Shown piece after piece: positions 11,493 to 23,934 of a stretch of 64,000 nt of DNA. The notes under the pieces are model-generated. The model was not told where the DNA came from. It saw only the letters and a list, made by a program, of their open reading frames with translations, and searched no databases. The DNA is from Tubulanus polymorphus (lineage: Eukaryota > Animalia > Nemertea): positions 28,500,299-28,564,298 of the forward strand of contig NC_134025.1 of assembly GCF_964204645.1 (NCBI RefSeq). The letters are read 5' to 3'. Made by a program: the position numbers and the translations under genes. Numbering within the stretch: position 1 is the stretch's first letter; the number at the start of each line of letters is the position of its first letter.

Positions 11493-12978
11493 TTAGTCCG
11501 CTGCACCAATGATATATTTCATCAGAACATTCCAGTGAAATTGAGGGAAATTAGTGATATAAAGCCCCAGTAGATATGGATATACCAGATGTGGCTGTCT
11601 TGTCGATCCAGCTTTCACAATAGAAAGTGCTGTATCAGACGGTCCTTCGCCCCGAGAAATGAATATCGAATACGGGGAATGTTTTACGAAGTTGATCGCG
11701 TTTGCAGTGGCTGAAATCAGAAACAAATCATTTACGATTGAGCTACAGATAATTTTTGTGCCTTTTCACATGTCCAACTTACATATAAACCCGAGATGAC
11801 AAATGGTGATAGTGACCGGTGACTGTTTGAGCTGTAATTCTTTTTGCAGTGAAGTGAAATATGATGTTAATGCGGACTTAGTCGAGGAATAGGCTGCCAG
11901 ATATGGATCTGATAGATAGGCTGTAAAAAAGATTAGTTGAGATACTAAAATGTCATTATACAATAGGACAGCAATATTTAATAGCGTCTACACATACCAG
12001 CCCAAGAAGACACTACTATTACTTGGCCATCATGTTTTTCTAAGTAAGGCATTGCGTGAGTTGCCAGGTGAACATGAGATAAAAAGTTCACTCTCATTAG
12101 CTTGTCTATCATAGCCAAATCATCTTGGCTATTTTTCCATGCTCTTATCTCTTGTGGCCAGATGTGATTCAGAACTAACACGTCCAAACCATTTAATTTT
12201 TCGACCGCAGTCTAAAAGGAAACACACAACATTCATATTACCACTACACCACTAAATGAAATTATGTCTAACACAAACCGAAATTTTCACCGTGATAACT
12301 CGAGATGGAGATTCATTCTCACTCATATCTGCTGCTATGTAATGATAATCTGTTTCCAAACCATTGCCTATTTCTTTACACTTTTTCACCACCTGAAAAT
12401 CAAACCATTTCAATTAGCAAATAATTAGCAATGAGAGCATTATATACCATGTTGTGTAGATATTTTGGTCAACCAACCTTTTGTAGAACTTTCTCTGTTC
12501 TTGCCGTTAAAACTATTTTTGCACCGTATTTTGCATAATGGTAAGCCAGTTGTTCACCTATTCCAGCTGATGCTCCAGTTATGAGAACTCTTTTTCCTTT
12601 GATATTATCTGTAGATATACGATAGAATGACTATTTGCGTCATATTTCAGCCTGATGGCCGTGCATTACACAGGGGCTCGTATCAGAGTTGTAGGTAATG
12701 TATAAACGATAATCTGTTAATCCAATGTCTATAGTATATATAAAATAACTAATTAGTTAGTTATAGTTATTTTATATATACTATAGACATTGGATTAACA
12801 GATTATCGTTTTTACATTACCTACAACTCTGATACGAGCCCCTGTGGTGCATTGTACACTATTCTCAACCTTTTAGCTTACCTATTTCAACTCTATCCAA
12901 TATATATAACTTTTGATAAGCCAAATATATGCTTATGACCAAAACAAGTCCTGACAAAAGCTTTATAACGTTGGACAT
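11493..12978 (-). CDS. HSD11B1L: 11-beta-hydroxysteroid dehydrogenase 1-like short-chain dehydrogenase/reductase
   Basis: Exons 12882-12978 (N-terminal hydrophobic anchor MSNVIKLLSGLVLVISIYLAY), 12478-12608 (GKRVLITGASAGIGEQLAYHYAKYGA, TGxxxGIG), 12290-12391, ~11997-12212 (GLDVLVLNHI...VNFLSHVHLA), ~11782-11920 (catalytic YSSTK), last exon to stop at 11493. Confidence 0.88.
12669..12846. mobile_element. Palindromic MITE-like element with 8-bp target-site duplication (hAT/P-like)
   Basis: Near-perfect ~80-bp arms CACAGGGGCTCGTATCAGAGTTGTAGG... / ...CCTACAACTCTGATACGAGCCCCTGTG; flanks GTGCATTA (12661-12668) and GTGCATTG (12847-12854); one arm recurs at 26490-26570. Confidence 0.8.
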
Positions 12979-13935
12979 GACAATTGGGGGGACTTCTGAC
13001 TTTGGGGCGGTCCAAGGGCACACCTACAGATCTCCAAATATTTTACTGGGCTTTGACCACCAACAATTTCGACAGCCTAAAATATCTAAAACCATTTACA
13101 TACAAAGGACAAACCATAGGATGATCTTCTTGATAAATAAATCAGTAATAAACAGAGATTTCGTATAATTACCTAAGTGTAGCCCGAACTACAAACTTCA
13201 CCGTCAAGTGCTGCCACCAATCCAATATGTCAGCCTCCATGATACGATTATCAAATCCTGCTATAAGAGCAGTTAAATCATTATTTACGCCACATACTAC
13301 GTGTAAAACATTCATAGGTAAATAAAATAAAACAATATGTGTCCCCACCAGGCATTCAAAACGCTTTTATTGCACTTGTGGCTGACCCTGCATTTTGACA
13401 AGCTATTCACCTCATCCCTCCTCTAAAAAGCCATTTAAAAAACTTTTATTTTCAAATATTTGAATCAAGGCGATGATTCCTGTTTGACATCACAGCAAAT
13501 TTGAATTTGAACATGAATTTTATTCCTTAGTTTATGCAACTACGCAATTAGAAGGTATTTTTTACTTCTGTAAAAAAACCCTTTTTCCAATTAGGCCTAA
13601 TCAAGGGATTTGTTCTTCAATTTTTGTTGATACCAGCAAGATGCTATACTATGCGTCAAGAAACTTTGAAAACCGGATGAAGTTAAGCATAGTTCGGTAC
13701 TTTGGGGTACTGGTACTGGAGCTCCGTTACAAGTTGACTGTAAATCAATTGAATGATTGTTTTGTTTGCTAAAGTGACAACTCTTAAGAATCGTATTGTA
13801 AATTGTATGCCCCACCACTACTGACTCGCCAGCACCCAAACACCTTAAACTTCCTCTTCCACGCTCCTTCCATTATTACGGCTTGTTCCATCTCTTTTCA
13901 ACCTCTTTGAAAAAATAACTTGCCTTGAATTTCAG

Positions 13936-14612
13936 ATAATTTCCGTTGTTTTAATCAACTTTCAAATGCTCATCGACATGAAGCTAATTTGCAAAACAGT
14001 TCCAATTCCGATCCCGCAGTCTACAGCAGGTTAGTAGTCTCGCTACCTGACGATCTTAATCAGACATTCTTAATTTCCATATAACTAAATGAAACTATTT
14101 ATTTGTTTTTCTAGGTCGGGGAATTTAACATATGAAACATGCAGTGGTAAGCAAATTATTTATAGCATGCTGAAAATTGAAACCAAAGATTTTATCATAT
14201 TTTATATCCCGCTTGTTTTTTTCCAGATATCGTAAGAAATGTAAATGAACAAATAGAAAGCAGTAATACTGGTCGATTGTTCGCAGTGGTTCAATTAGCT
14301 GGAGCTCATCGTAAAATAACCACTGAAGATATTCTCTGTATAAACGGAAATTTTCCACCAGCTGTCGGGGAAAGGATCAGATTAGAAAAGGTACAAAAAT
14401 TGTCGGGCGTTGTTTTAGGACATAAGAATGCATACCAGAACCAGAATTTCCAATTAGGCCTATGTATCGGGTACTTGAATTCTGTAAATTCCATCCACCA
14501 TCCAATTATATCTGTATGGTACTTTGATTTCTGATTTCACTATCAAACCCCCATTTTCCTCAATGAGGTGTGATGAGTTTGTAAGGAACATAACTAATAA
14601 CTTAAAAAAGAG

Positions 14613-14651
<39 letters not shown>

Positions 14652-15634
14652 CAGTCAATCATTCAGTCAACAAATAAGAGGTACAATTCTTTTACTTCAG
14701 GATAAGATAAAAATAAAAATGCTTCTGGAAACGTCGAACCTCCAGGGTGCCCGGGCCAAATCTGAAATCCATTTCTTTTCTAAATAAGAATTTAATTTTC
14801 TTAGGTTCTTTTGGTTGGAAGCAAGGATTTTACAATAATCGGCAGACCCATGCTGCAGTAAGTGAAATATTACTTTTTGCATTCACTTTGGGATTTACTC
14901 AAATAGATTAAGCGATGATTAATGAAGATATTAATATTTCTAGACGAAGTCAAGTAAAAGTAGAAGCAACAGTTATTGAAAAGACATTAGAAGTACCAAA
15001 AATAGTGTCGTGGTACAGAAAACGAAAGAAATCTACACGTAGAATGAAATGTAAGTATTTACTTCACTTTGTGCGTTCTATGGTGGCTGATAATTGAATA
15101 GCATAAAATTCCTGGTATGTAAATGAGAACGCCAAAACGAAAAAGAAACGTCCAATTTTCTCTGAAAGTTCGTTTTGGCGCGCCAAAACAAAGAAAATAA
15201 TCTTTGTTTTGGCACGCCAAAACGAACTTTCAGAGAAATTCCGATGTTTTCCGTTTTGGTGCCCCCACCAAAACGAACTTTCTAAATTTTTAATGAAAAT
15301 TGGACGTTTTTATTTCGTTATGCGTTCTGGCGCCCTTATTTGCATACCAGGTATTTGATGTAATGGCCCGAATCAGCCACCATAACCAAGTTATTTTCCA
15401 CACTTAAGTCCTTGACATGCCCTTTCAATGAACTGTTGTTTTGAACTCTTGTGTCTACTTCATTCCATTTGGATTCATGAATTGCATGAAGGTCGTTTTA
15501 AGCTTTTGTATGATATCATTATTGTATGATTTCTGTTTTGTCTTATGCATATTCTTCTTGTCTTTTCAGTAACCCGAATGCCATTAGTAATGTTGAGAAT
15601 TAATTCAATTGATATTAATTATTTGAATGATTAA
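13936..15634 (+). CDS. MRPL21: Mitochondrial ribosomal protein L21 (bL21m); N-terminal exon/start not resolved
   Basis: Exons ~13936-14029, ~14115-14146, 14227-14390 (VNEQIESSNTGRLFAVVQLAGAHRKITTEDIL...GERIRLEK), ~14805-14857 (VLLVGSKDFTIIGRPML), ~14944-15050 (VKVEATVIEKT), 15570-15634 (MLRINSID); AATAAA at ~15701. Confidence 0.88.
14617..14670 (+). repeat. (AATC)n / (AGTCAATCATTC)n microsatellite
   Basis: Seen directly in MRPL21 intron. Confidence 0.85.
15080..15384. mobile_element. Nested-palindrome MITE-like element in MRPL21 intron
   Basis: Outer IR tatggtggctgat/atcagccaccata, inner IR cctggtatg-aaat/atttgcataccagg (15111-15351), internal hairpin tctctgaaagttcgttttggcgcgccaaaacaaaga/tctttgttttggcacgccaaaacgaactttcagaga; repeated gccaaaac motif. 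Confidence 0.65.
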
Positions 15635-15895
15635 AACCGGGCTGAAAATATACGATTTTTTCATGCTGTAGAAACTGTTTCATTGTAGAGATTTTTAGAA
15701 AATAAATTGAACTTCTTTATGTTCTGGGGATATTCTTTTGTTCATTAATCATGGTATGAAAGAAGGTGGTTTATTCATCCACATATCAAGTCGTTCATTA
15801 GTCTCTGGCATGTGAGTTCATGACGGTTCGAATCCCATTAGTGAAATTCAACGAACGCACTTGGACGCGTGCCAAAAGCCTGGATTGCCAGACTG

Positions 15896-15903
15896 TGACG
15901 TCA
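15896..15903. promoter_or_regulatory. Palindromic CRE (TGACGTCA) upstream of SLC25A22-like non-coding first exon
   Basis: Perfect CRE ~150 bp before the aag|GTAAGT donor at 16051. Confidence 0.45.
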
Positions 15904-16353
15904 GCGTTCCTTTCAGCCATTTTACGCGGTTTGGGTTAGACGGTTGTTGTTAACTTGGGACACTATTATTGCGATTACATAAAAGGGAAGCCTTCAATTA
16001 ACCTGTGGCAGTGTCGAGAAGAGCACCGAAGTAACATAGACCAGTTGAAGGTAAGTTGTGATTGAATGTACTCTGGTTTAGATCTATAACAAGAGAAAGT
16101 GTCGAGAACCACTACCACCCAGCCCTGGCTGCTGGTGGAGCCCAGTCGTTAAAAAAGTAGGCCATAATTTAATTCTACTTTATTTCTGCCGTTTCTTCCT
16201 TTTGATCGATTGAAATTGTTTTTTTTTTGAATTATAGACAAGAAAGAAGTCAAGAAACAAACTAGAATCCAACAGTCTTAACCCAGCCACCGACTGACTC
16301 TTTAAGTTACTTCACAAAAAGCTAACTTCAACTGATTTTCAGACTCTAATTGA

Positions 16354-19300
16354 ATGGAGGAAAAGTTTTCGTAAGTTTTTTTTCATCAGTGAGTGACTGT
16401 GTTATTAAGCCGTTAAATGTAGTACAAATTAAACATATGTTTGATATTCTGTGTTATGATATTGTAGACATTATTGTGTTACTGACTGCAAAATTGTAAG
16501 ATCAGTATGATACCCGATATAATATTTTAGAAATTTTATACGATGCAAATTCTGGATTAACCTAAATGGGCCGACCGTAATAGGTTACACCTATACTTGG
16601 GAAAATCAGGATTGAAATCTATTAACAACGTTTGCCTAATAGGCTTCTTAAGTGGAATTAAATAGATTTCTGGATTAATCAATTTAAAGATCCAGACACA
16701 AATTAAACTGACCAGGTTTTAGTTGTATCTACATTCAAAAATAGACTAGCCAAAACAAGATCTGACATCAACTAGGCTACTATTAACCTAAGGAATAGTT
16801 TCTGCTCATAACTCCCAAATATATCAAAACACTTGCAAAATTAGAATAATTTCTAATTCATTTTCAATTAGACACCTATTGTTTAATGTCAAAATTACCT
16901 TCGTTTTTTATGAAAACTATTACAATTACTAAGGTTGTCTGATCTGGCTGAAGTTATTGACTTAGGTCTAAGAATCAGATAGTTCTGTAAGACTCACCGA
17001 TTAATTGATTATTTCTAGATTAGTACCGAAGGTAATCAACGGCGGAATCGCTGGAATTGTTGGAGTAACATGTGTATTTCCTATTGATCTGGTGAAAACA
17101 AGATTACAGAATCAAAAAGAGAATGCTCGAATTTACAAAAACCTGTAAGATTACACTGTTTCTCATCGTGTCCTCGGTATACGTATTAAAAACATCGATC
17201 TGTAAATGATATCTTGTTTCTAATGCAGCTTGGATTGTGGCGTGAAAACATTTCGAAATGAAGGATTCCTGGGCATGTACAGAGGTTGGTATTTGTTTCT
17301 CGTTATTTCTTGATACAAAAGGTTTTATGAAGGTGGTAGTCATTTCTAATGATTTGAAATGCCTATTTGAAAATATGATCTATTCTTAAAACACACGGAA
17401 AGATTTTCCATCCCTGTTAGATCTTGTATGAATTGGGAGTAGTTTTGCTTCATACCATCATCCCGTTTAATTTTCTTTAATGAACAAATTGATTTTTCGA
17501 AACCTATTGCGTTGTTCTAAGTGATGTATTTATTCATGGTCAATGTTGATATTCGAACAGTAAATAGTTAGTAAGATCCTATAACTTGTCTAGACCCGGT
17601 CCGTGTAAGTATATGCGTTGTCGCTGAACTAAATAACATATTTAATCATGCACCCTAGTCCATGGTTTAATCAAATTTGACCTCTATATCCCTCAATAAG
17701 ATTATTTTTGAAACAATATATTATTATACCTTTGTGCTTTTTGTTCTGGACTATTGTGGGTTCAATATGACCTCAGATTGTAGCTTTGATTTTTCAACCC
17801 ATTTTCAATAACTACAAAGTAGATTAGATCGTATTTCTATAACAAAATAAGAACATTAATCAAATTTGAGCTCTCTGTGAATAAGATTATTTTTGAATCG
17901 TTCTATTATGCTATTGCGATTTCTTAAGAATTCATGAACTCAAATTGCTGCTTTGAATTTTTCACGCAATCAAAATAACTAAAAAGTACATTAGATCGTT
18001 AAATAATTTCTGCACTGCAGTGTTTTTTTTTTTTTGGTTCAGTTCACTCATCGATTGTTTGCAGATCTGTAATATCTCATTTCACTGTGGTGTTTCAGCA
18101 GTTTTCAACTGATTTCCCCTTGTGTTGATAGTGTAAACTGTAGAGGTATTTGAAGTAGCCTCTATCTGTTATTATTCTGGGAGTGAGAGCTATTAATATG
18201 AACAGTATGTGGTATATGGTTGTGTGTGTGTGTGTGTGCAGTGTCAGAACAGTAGGGTTGTACTATTATATTACATTACACAATAGTTTATTCTATTAAA
18301 TGATGTATGATTTGTAATTACTATCAGTCAGGTGCGTAAAGTGCCACTGATAGTCATATGTTTTGCTACCTTATTTTTTCCGATGTTACAGAAAGCGCTG
18401 CTGTGAACGCAGCCACGTGACGAGATCAGGCTGTGGTCTAAATGGATGCCGGTATTTGCTCAAGGTGGACCGTATTCCTTTTCATCAAGTTGAATATTTA
18501 TTATAGCCATTGTAGCGCTTGATTTAATCTATCACAAAATATGTTGACCTCAAAGTTGAGTCTTCGACATCGTGACTGATAGAATAAGTTGGTAAATTAC
18601 GTCTCTGTCAACAAAAAATACATCGTGTATTATTATTACTATAAATGTGCTCTTGAAGCAGATTATCTATACAGCTTAAAATTATTAATAGCATCGAGAT
18701 ATAAACCTCTCTGAGAATCAATCATATTAAAAACCGATCAATGCTGTATCTCTCGTTCACGTTCCCGAGGTGGAAATCATTTCAGTTTCAGCTTTCGTTG
18801 ATAATGAATAACATTTTCGCTTTGCAAGACGCCTTAGAAATATGAACACCAATCTTATTAATAAAAAAAAAACTAAACGTCTAAATTCAATAATGCTCTG
18901 AATTCTGTGCTAACGAAATTACTTTCATCGTGTCCGATTGAAAGGACGTACTGGAAATTCTGTTTTCAAAGTTGTGATCGTGAAGTGGTTTTTAGCAAGT
19001 GATAGAGCGAGTGGACTTATTCAGGTTTTCTTGCTTGCAGGTTCTGGTGTCAATTTGTTGTTGATCACTCCTGAGAAAGCTATAAAACTCGTCGGTAATG
19101 ATTTCTTCAGGCACAATCTTAAAGATAAATCGTAAGTAGTTTCATTATCGATTGTAGTCCTTATTCTGTATTGCCTTTGGCCCGTTGTACTTCAGCAAAT
19201 TGAGTCTATTTTGATCGATGAGCCTCTCCGGATATTTCTCTATTTATTAATAAATCTCATAAGATTATAATGGATTATCTTCTATCGCAGAGATACCGTA

Positions 19301-21635
19301 TTGATTGTTGTAATGTAATTATAGAGGAAAGCTGACATTAGGACGAGAATGTCTGGCTGGTGCTGGAGCGGGTATGTGTCAAATTGTAGTCACTACTCCG
19401 ATGGAACTTCTCAAAATCCAATTACAGGATGCCGGACGAACTGGTGAGTGCGTTCTTTCACATTATATTATTTCGCTTTTTAACTGAACATTTGAGCTTC
19501 TTAACGTATATATTGAGCTATATTACATAACTAAAAACCATGTGTCATCTGTGATGTAAGCGCAAGTTCAATGCGAGCGCATTCATTCTATTCAAATCTT
19601 ACTGCTTAATTTTATACATACGTACGGATTCAACCAAGCTCATAGTTTTAAAGAATTTCACTTAACATAAAGGTAGGATTTAAACGCAGAGTTGTTCAAT
19701 TCTGTAAATCCCTTTGCACGCTGAGACTTTCGGTTTATTTTCAGTTGGTTACTCATGTTGTGTATAGCTGTTCAAATGAATTTCGCTTTTCGTTTTTAAA
19801 ATCTTTTAAATTTACGCAAAATCGAGCTCGAAGATGAAGTCGATGAATTTATCAAATTTCGGGGGATAGTTTTTTCTTTGAGAGATTTGCTGTGTTTTGT
19901 TTGACATTGTGTGCCTCGAAAATAGCTACCTAAAAATCTTATTGCATGAACAATACTGACACATGGCCCTCCCTTCATTAAAATCTCACTATATAATTTC
20001 TTGTTTGGCGAAAACAGTTCTCTTTATCTAAAGTGTGTTAAAATCTGTTTGTTTTAGGTCTATATTTGATATGAGTATTATTCAAATCTTGTAAATAGTT
20101 TAGTGTGTTAACTAACATTTTCTGTTAGTCGATGTGATATTATGTTTTATTAACCCTGAACATAGGCTAGAAATCGCATTTTGCGAAATTTACCAATGAT
20201 ATTATTGTTGAAAATAGTCTTGTTTTATATTTCAGTTGCTAAAGGTCCAGTAGCTAAACCGTTGGGTATTAATACCGGTTTTAACGCTCCAGTTTTGTCG
20301 CGAGCGTATACTGCTGATTCTGCGAAGCCGAAACTGTCCGCAACGAGAATCGCTCTGACTTTGATCAAAGAGAAAGGGCTGCTGGGTCTTTATAAGGGAT
20401 GTGGTGCTACATTTCTCAGGGATGTCACATTCTCTGCAATATATTTCCCGATGTTTGCCAATCTGAATGCAATGGTAAGTACCGGTGTATCTTGACGTCG
20501 ATGAGGAGAATCATAACAGGGGTTAGATCGATGTGAAAAATTGTAAAAAAAATGAATGTGCGCTTAAAACATGGTAAAAATTTGAAAAATCAGTGTAAAT
20601 GCATGAAAATTTTTTTTCTTTATGTCACAAAATGTTTTGATTCCTTTTAATGCCACATAGTGCGGAGCTCAGAATTTATGCTCAAGCTGTGCTGAATTTT
20701 GATGAATATAAATGTAATCTGTCCAGGTTTCGATCGGCAACAACTTGTGTATTAATTGTTACTTGAAAAATCTCGAAAAAGAATGGAATAAGTCACTGGT
20801 ATTTTGTTGTGAAAAAAGGATCATCAATCTAACCCCTGTTATACCTTGGTATATTAAATGGTGTTGATGTCTGATTTGTTCGGTTTCGATATTTTTCTAG
20901 GGTAAACGTAGAGAAGGAAGTAATGAAGCTGTATTCTATCATTCCCTCTTGTCTGGTTGTACTGCCGGTGCTATTGCTTCGCTTTCTGTAAATCCATTCG
21001 ATGGTTAGTATTTCAGCACCTTTGGACATCTGTCGTTTCTATTTATAACCGGGCTGTGTATTATAAATCACCAGTGCTTCCAATATCAAGAACATATGGT
21101 GCCCATTAATATCGCAGAATGTCTGATTTCATTGAAAACTCCCATTCATAAACAGAAACTTATGTTCACATCTGCTATCAACAAATCTCATCATCTAAAA
21201 AAAGGAATTCATCTAAATTCTGAATTAACCTTTGAAAATTTCAGTTGTGAAAACCAGGCTTCAGCTCATAACTAAATCGCAAGGAGATATTACATATTCA
21301 GGAATTATTGATTGCTTTAGGTAAGTATTGATATAATATGAATTATTGCTACGCCTAAAAAAGGCTTCCTTTTAAAAATCTCTTACATTTTCGTGAAAGC
21401 ATTCGTCGAATGAAGAGATCAAAGCATCGTTTAAATACTGCTGTAAAACTTACAAAGACTTCAGGCGAATACTATCGTCTTTTTTTTCAGCAAAACATTG
21501 TCGAATGAAGGGATCAAAGCATTCTTTAAAGGTGGTGCTTGTCGAATGATCGTGATCGCTCCATTGTTTGGTATTGCTCAGACGGTGTATTATATGGGCG
21601 TGGCTGAGTTTCTGATGGGAATGCCCAAACCATGA
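16354..21635 (+). CDS. SLC25A22: Mitochondrial glutamate carrier (SLC25A22/SLC25A18 co-orthologue)
   Basis: Exons 16354-16370, 17019-17144 ([29 protein letters not shown]), 17229-17284, 19041-19131 ([23 protein letters not shown]), 19325-19444 ([21 protein letters not shown]), 20236-20474 ([22 protein letters not shown]), 20901-21003, 21245-21320, 21491-21635 ([22 protein letters not shown]); three Px[DE]xx[KR] carrier signatures. Confidence 0.93.
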
Positions 21636-22645
21636 TAAAAATGCAGAGACTTATTTTATTACTACATCGATGAATGGTGCTTCTAGCCACATTTATTAAC
21701 TCTGGCTGTATTATCGGTTTTAGTCTGTTCATCTATCATCTCGTCATTCAATCGGTTCGGAAAAAATGCTTTAACATCTTATATCGTGATACGGGTGTGG
21801 TTAAAACAACGAATTTATCGTCAAAAGTTTTTCAGAGTAATTCAATGTCGTCCATTGATCGTCACCCGGACATGATCCGTTCCACCCAGAGGCAGTTCTT
21901 ATCAAAAACCTACTTTGCTTTAAACAACTTTTTTTGAGATCGTTACAAATGGCATTTGAACGATGTTATCTTTTTGCGAGAGTCTGTTTTGGTAAAAATG
22001 TCTTTAAATCCCAGAAAATTCTGGTTTAGTCTTAAAATGTGCTGTTAATATCAACGTATTATGTTCAATAAGTTAAAACATTTACCGTCTCTAGTTTCTG
22101 TAATAAGAGTAATACAATTTTATACGATTCCCCGCATGTTCTTTATCGGGATAGACGCCTTCCTTTATATACCAACAATATTGGCTGGTGCACATCACTC
22201 GGGTTTTGGAAAATTCTGAAACATGCAATAATTTGAATTTTAGCATTTGTAAATAGTCAATATTTATGATTGTTGTGAATCTGAAGTGCATAGGATTTTT
22301 AATTGAAGTGAAGCTTCGCCAAAACTTGTAAATGTGTTGCTATATTGGTGAGACTGTTAGTAAGCATATATTTGGAAATCTAATGTATGAATAAATTACT
22401 CTATGTTAAGTTTAATTTACTGCTCTTTTTGTGTGCATTGAATTGTTTTAGCAGTGTCTTTCATCCTTCAACCTAGTTAGTAACCTAATCGTTGGTGGTA
22501 AGCTGTTTATAATCGGATCGTGAAACTTAACCACAGTCAGGTTACTGACTACCATCAACCCAAGTGTACCATTGTTAGCAGGTTTGAAGTGAGAGCCCAG
22601 AAAACTGTCGACCAGCTAGAACTCTTATCGACTAATTTGTGTTTA

Positions 22646-22863
22646 GGCTAAAGGGAATTGATACCTTGTTTCTCCGCTCTGCTGTGCTTATAAGTTGACC
22701 CAGCCGGCTGCCTATCTACCCTATACAAAACTTTTTTTTAAAAATCGTGATCAATATACCATAACAGACCCCTCCGCTATAGGAATGAACTGTTTACAAA
22801 TTTTATATTTTACAAAAATGACCCGGCCGCTGCGGAGAAACAAGGTATCATTTTTGTTTAGCC
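22646..22863. mobile_element. MITE with terminal inverted repeats and TTA flanks (PIF/Harbinger- or Kolobok-like)
   Basis: ggctaaa...tgataccttgtttctccgc at left and gcggagaaacaaggtatca...tttagcc at right, flanked by TTA on both sides. Confidence 0.6.
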
Positions 22864-23934
22864 TTATATAAAGAATTATTCTTAAGCAATTTTTGAATTT
22901 GAAGGTCTTCATTAAAAACATTGAATAAACTTTTTCATGATATTTTCCCTCCATGATGCATTTTGCGAGAAAATAATAACACCTGTCGCTAACCTAATTG
23001 CTCAAAGAGTTACTTCATTACTAATTGCTAATTCTATGAAAGAAAAGTAGAGTAGTTTTTTAATACTCCGAGAATTATCGCGGAATCCGGCCCGCAAATC
23101 GGTAAATAGTTTGTCCACTACGGCCGTTCTAAGACTTTGGCAAGCGAGCAATATGATAGTTCACGTGTTCCCCGCTATAGTTATAAGTGGGGGCAGCACT
23201 ATACGGGCTGACTCATCATTTTCACTAGGCTGGCGGGCGAAATGTTCCAATCGTTAATTCCATCAACGCTAATGCTTTATTTTATTAAATTATTCTCGTA
23301 ATAAATACTTTAAAGTCAATTTTTATATAAATCATTCCAATGTATTTCATCCGATCTTAGATTTTTGTTAAAATGTCAAGAATCCAGTCTGGGTCAAAGA
23401 ATTGTTGGCCGAAACGGTTACAATCATGGGTGCAATTCACTAAAACGTACTTCCAAAGGTGCTGAAAAATGCTTAAGTCTTACTACTGAAAACCCTGCAA
23501 GAAGAAACTTGCACTTTGACTGGTGGTTTAAAAGCGTCTTGTTGGATCTATGGATGCTTGCACTAGCCTCCCCCTAAACTCCTTGAGGAGATTTATGGAA
23601 TCCTTGTATCAATATTAGAGATGAATGGAAGAAAATATTATTGCATACGTATCTAATTTATTGACACAACACGCAGCACATGTACCAGTATATATAACAA
23701 TCGGCATAATTCGACTAGTAATTCTTAACAGCCCATTCTATAGTCCTTCAATGAATCAATTATACACCTGTTTGTAACTATTGAACTACTGCTGTATTAT
23801 AGAATAGCACAATGTATTATAATGACACCTGATTTGCTCAAAGATAACGAATGAATGAAGTGATATTCAGTATTTATACATCTAACATATCTATATTATA
23901 TACATATCGATCATCGTACACTGGATTTATTTTA

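Noticed and set aside
13597-13839. Minus-strand 80-aa ORF and ATG 13641 as MRPL21 start
   Set aside because: No motif; could not find a convincing phase-compatible donor, so the MRPL21 start is left unresolved.
15825-15835. GGTTCGAATCC (tRNA T-loop / Pol III B-box)
   Set aside because: No acceptor, D or anticodon stems and no A-box; not a tRNA (at most a SINE relic or isolated TFIIIC site).
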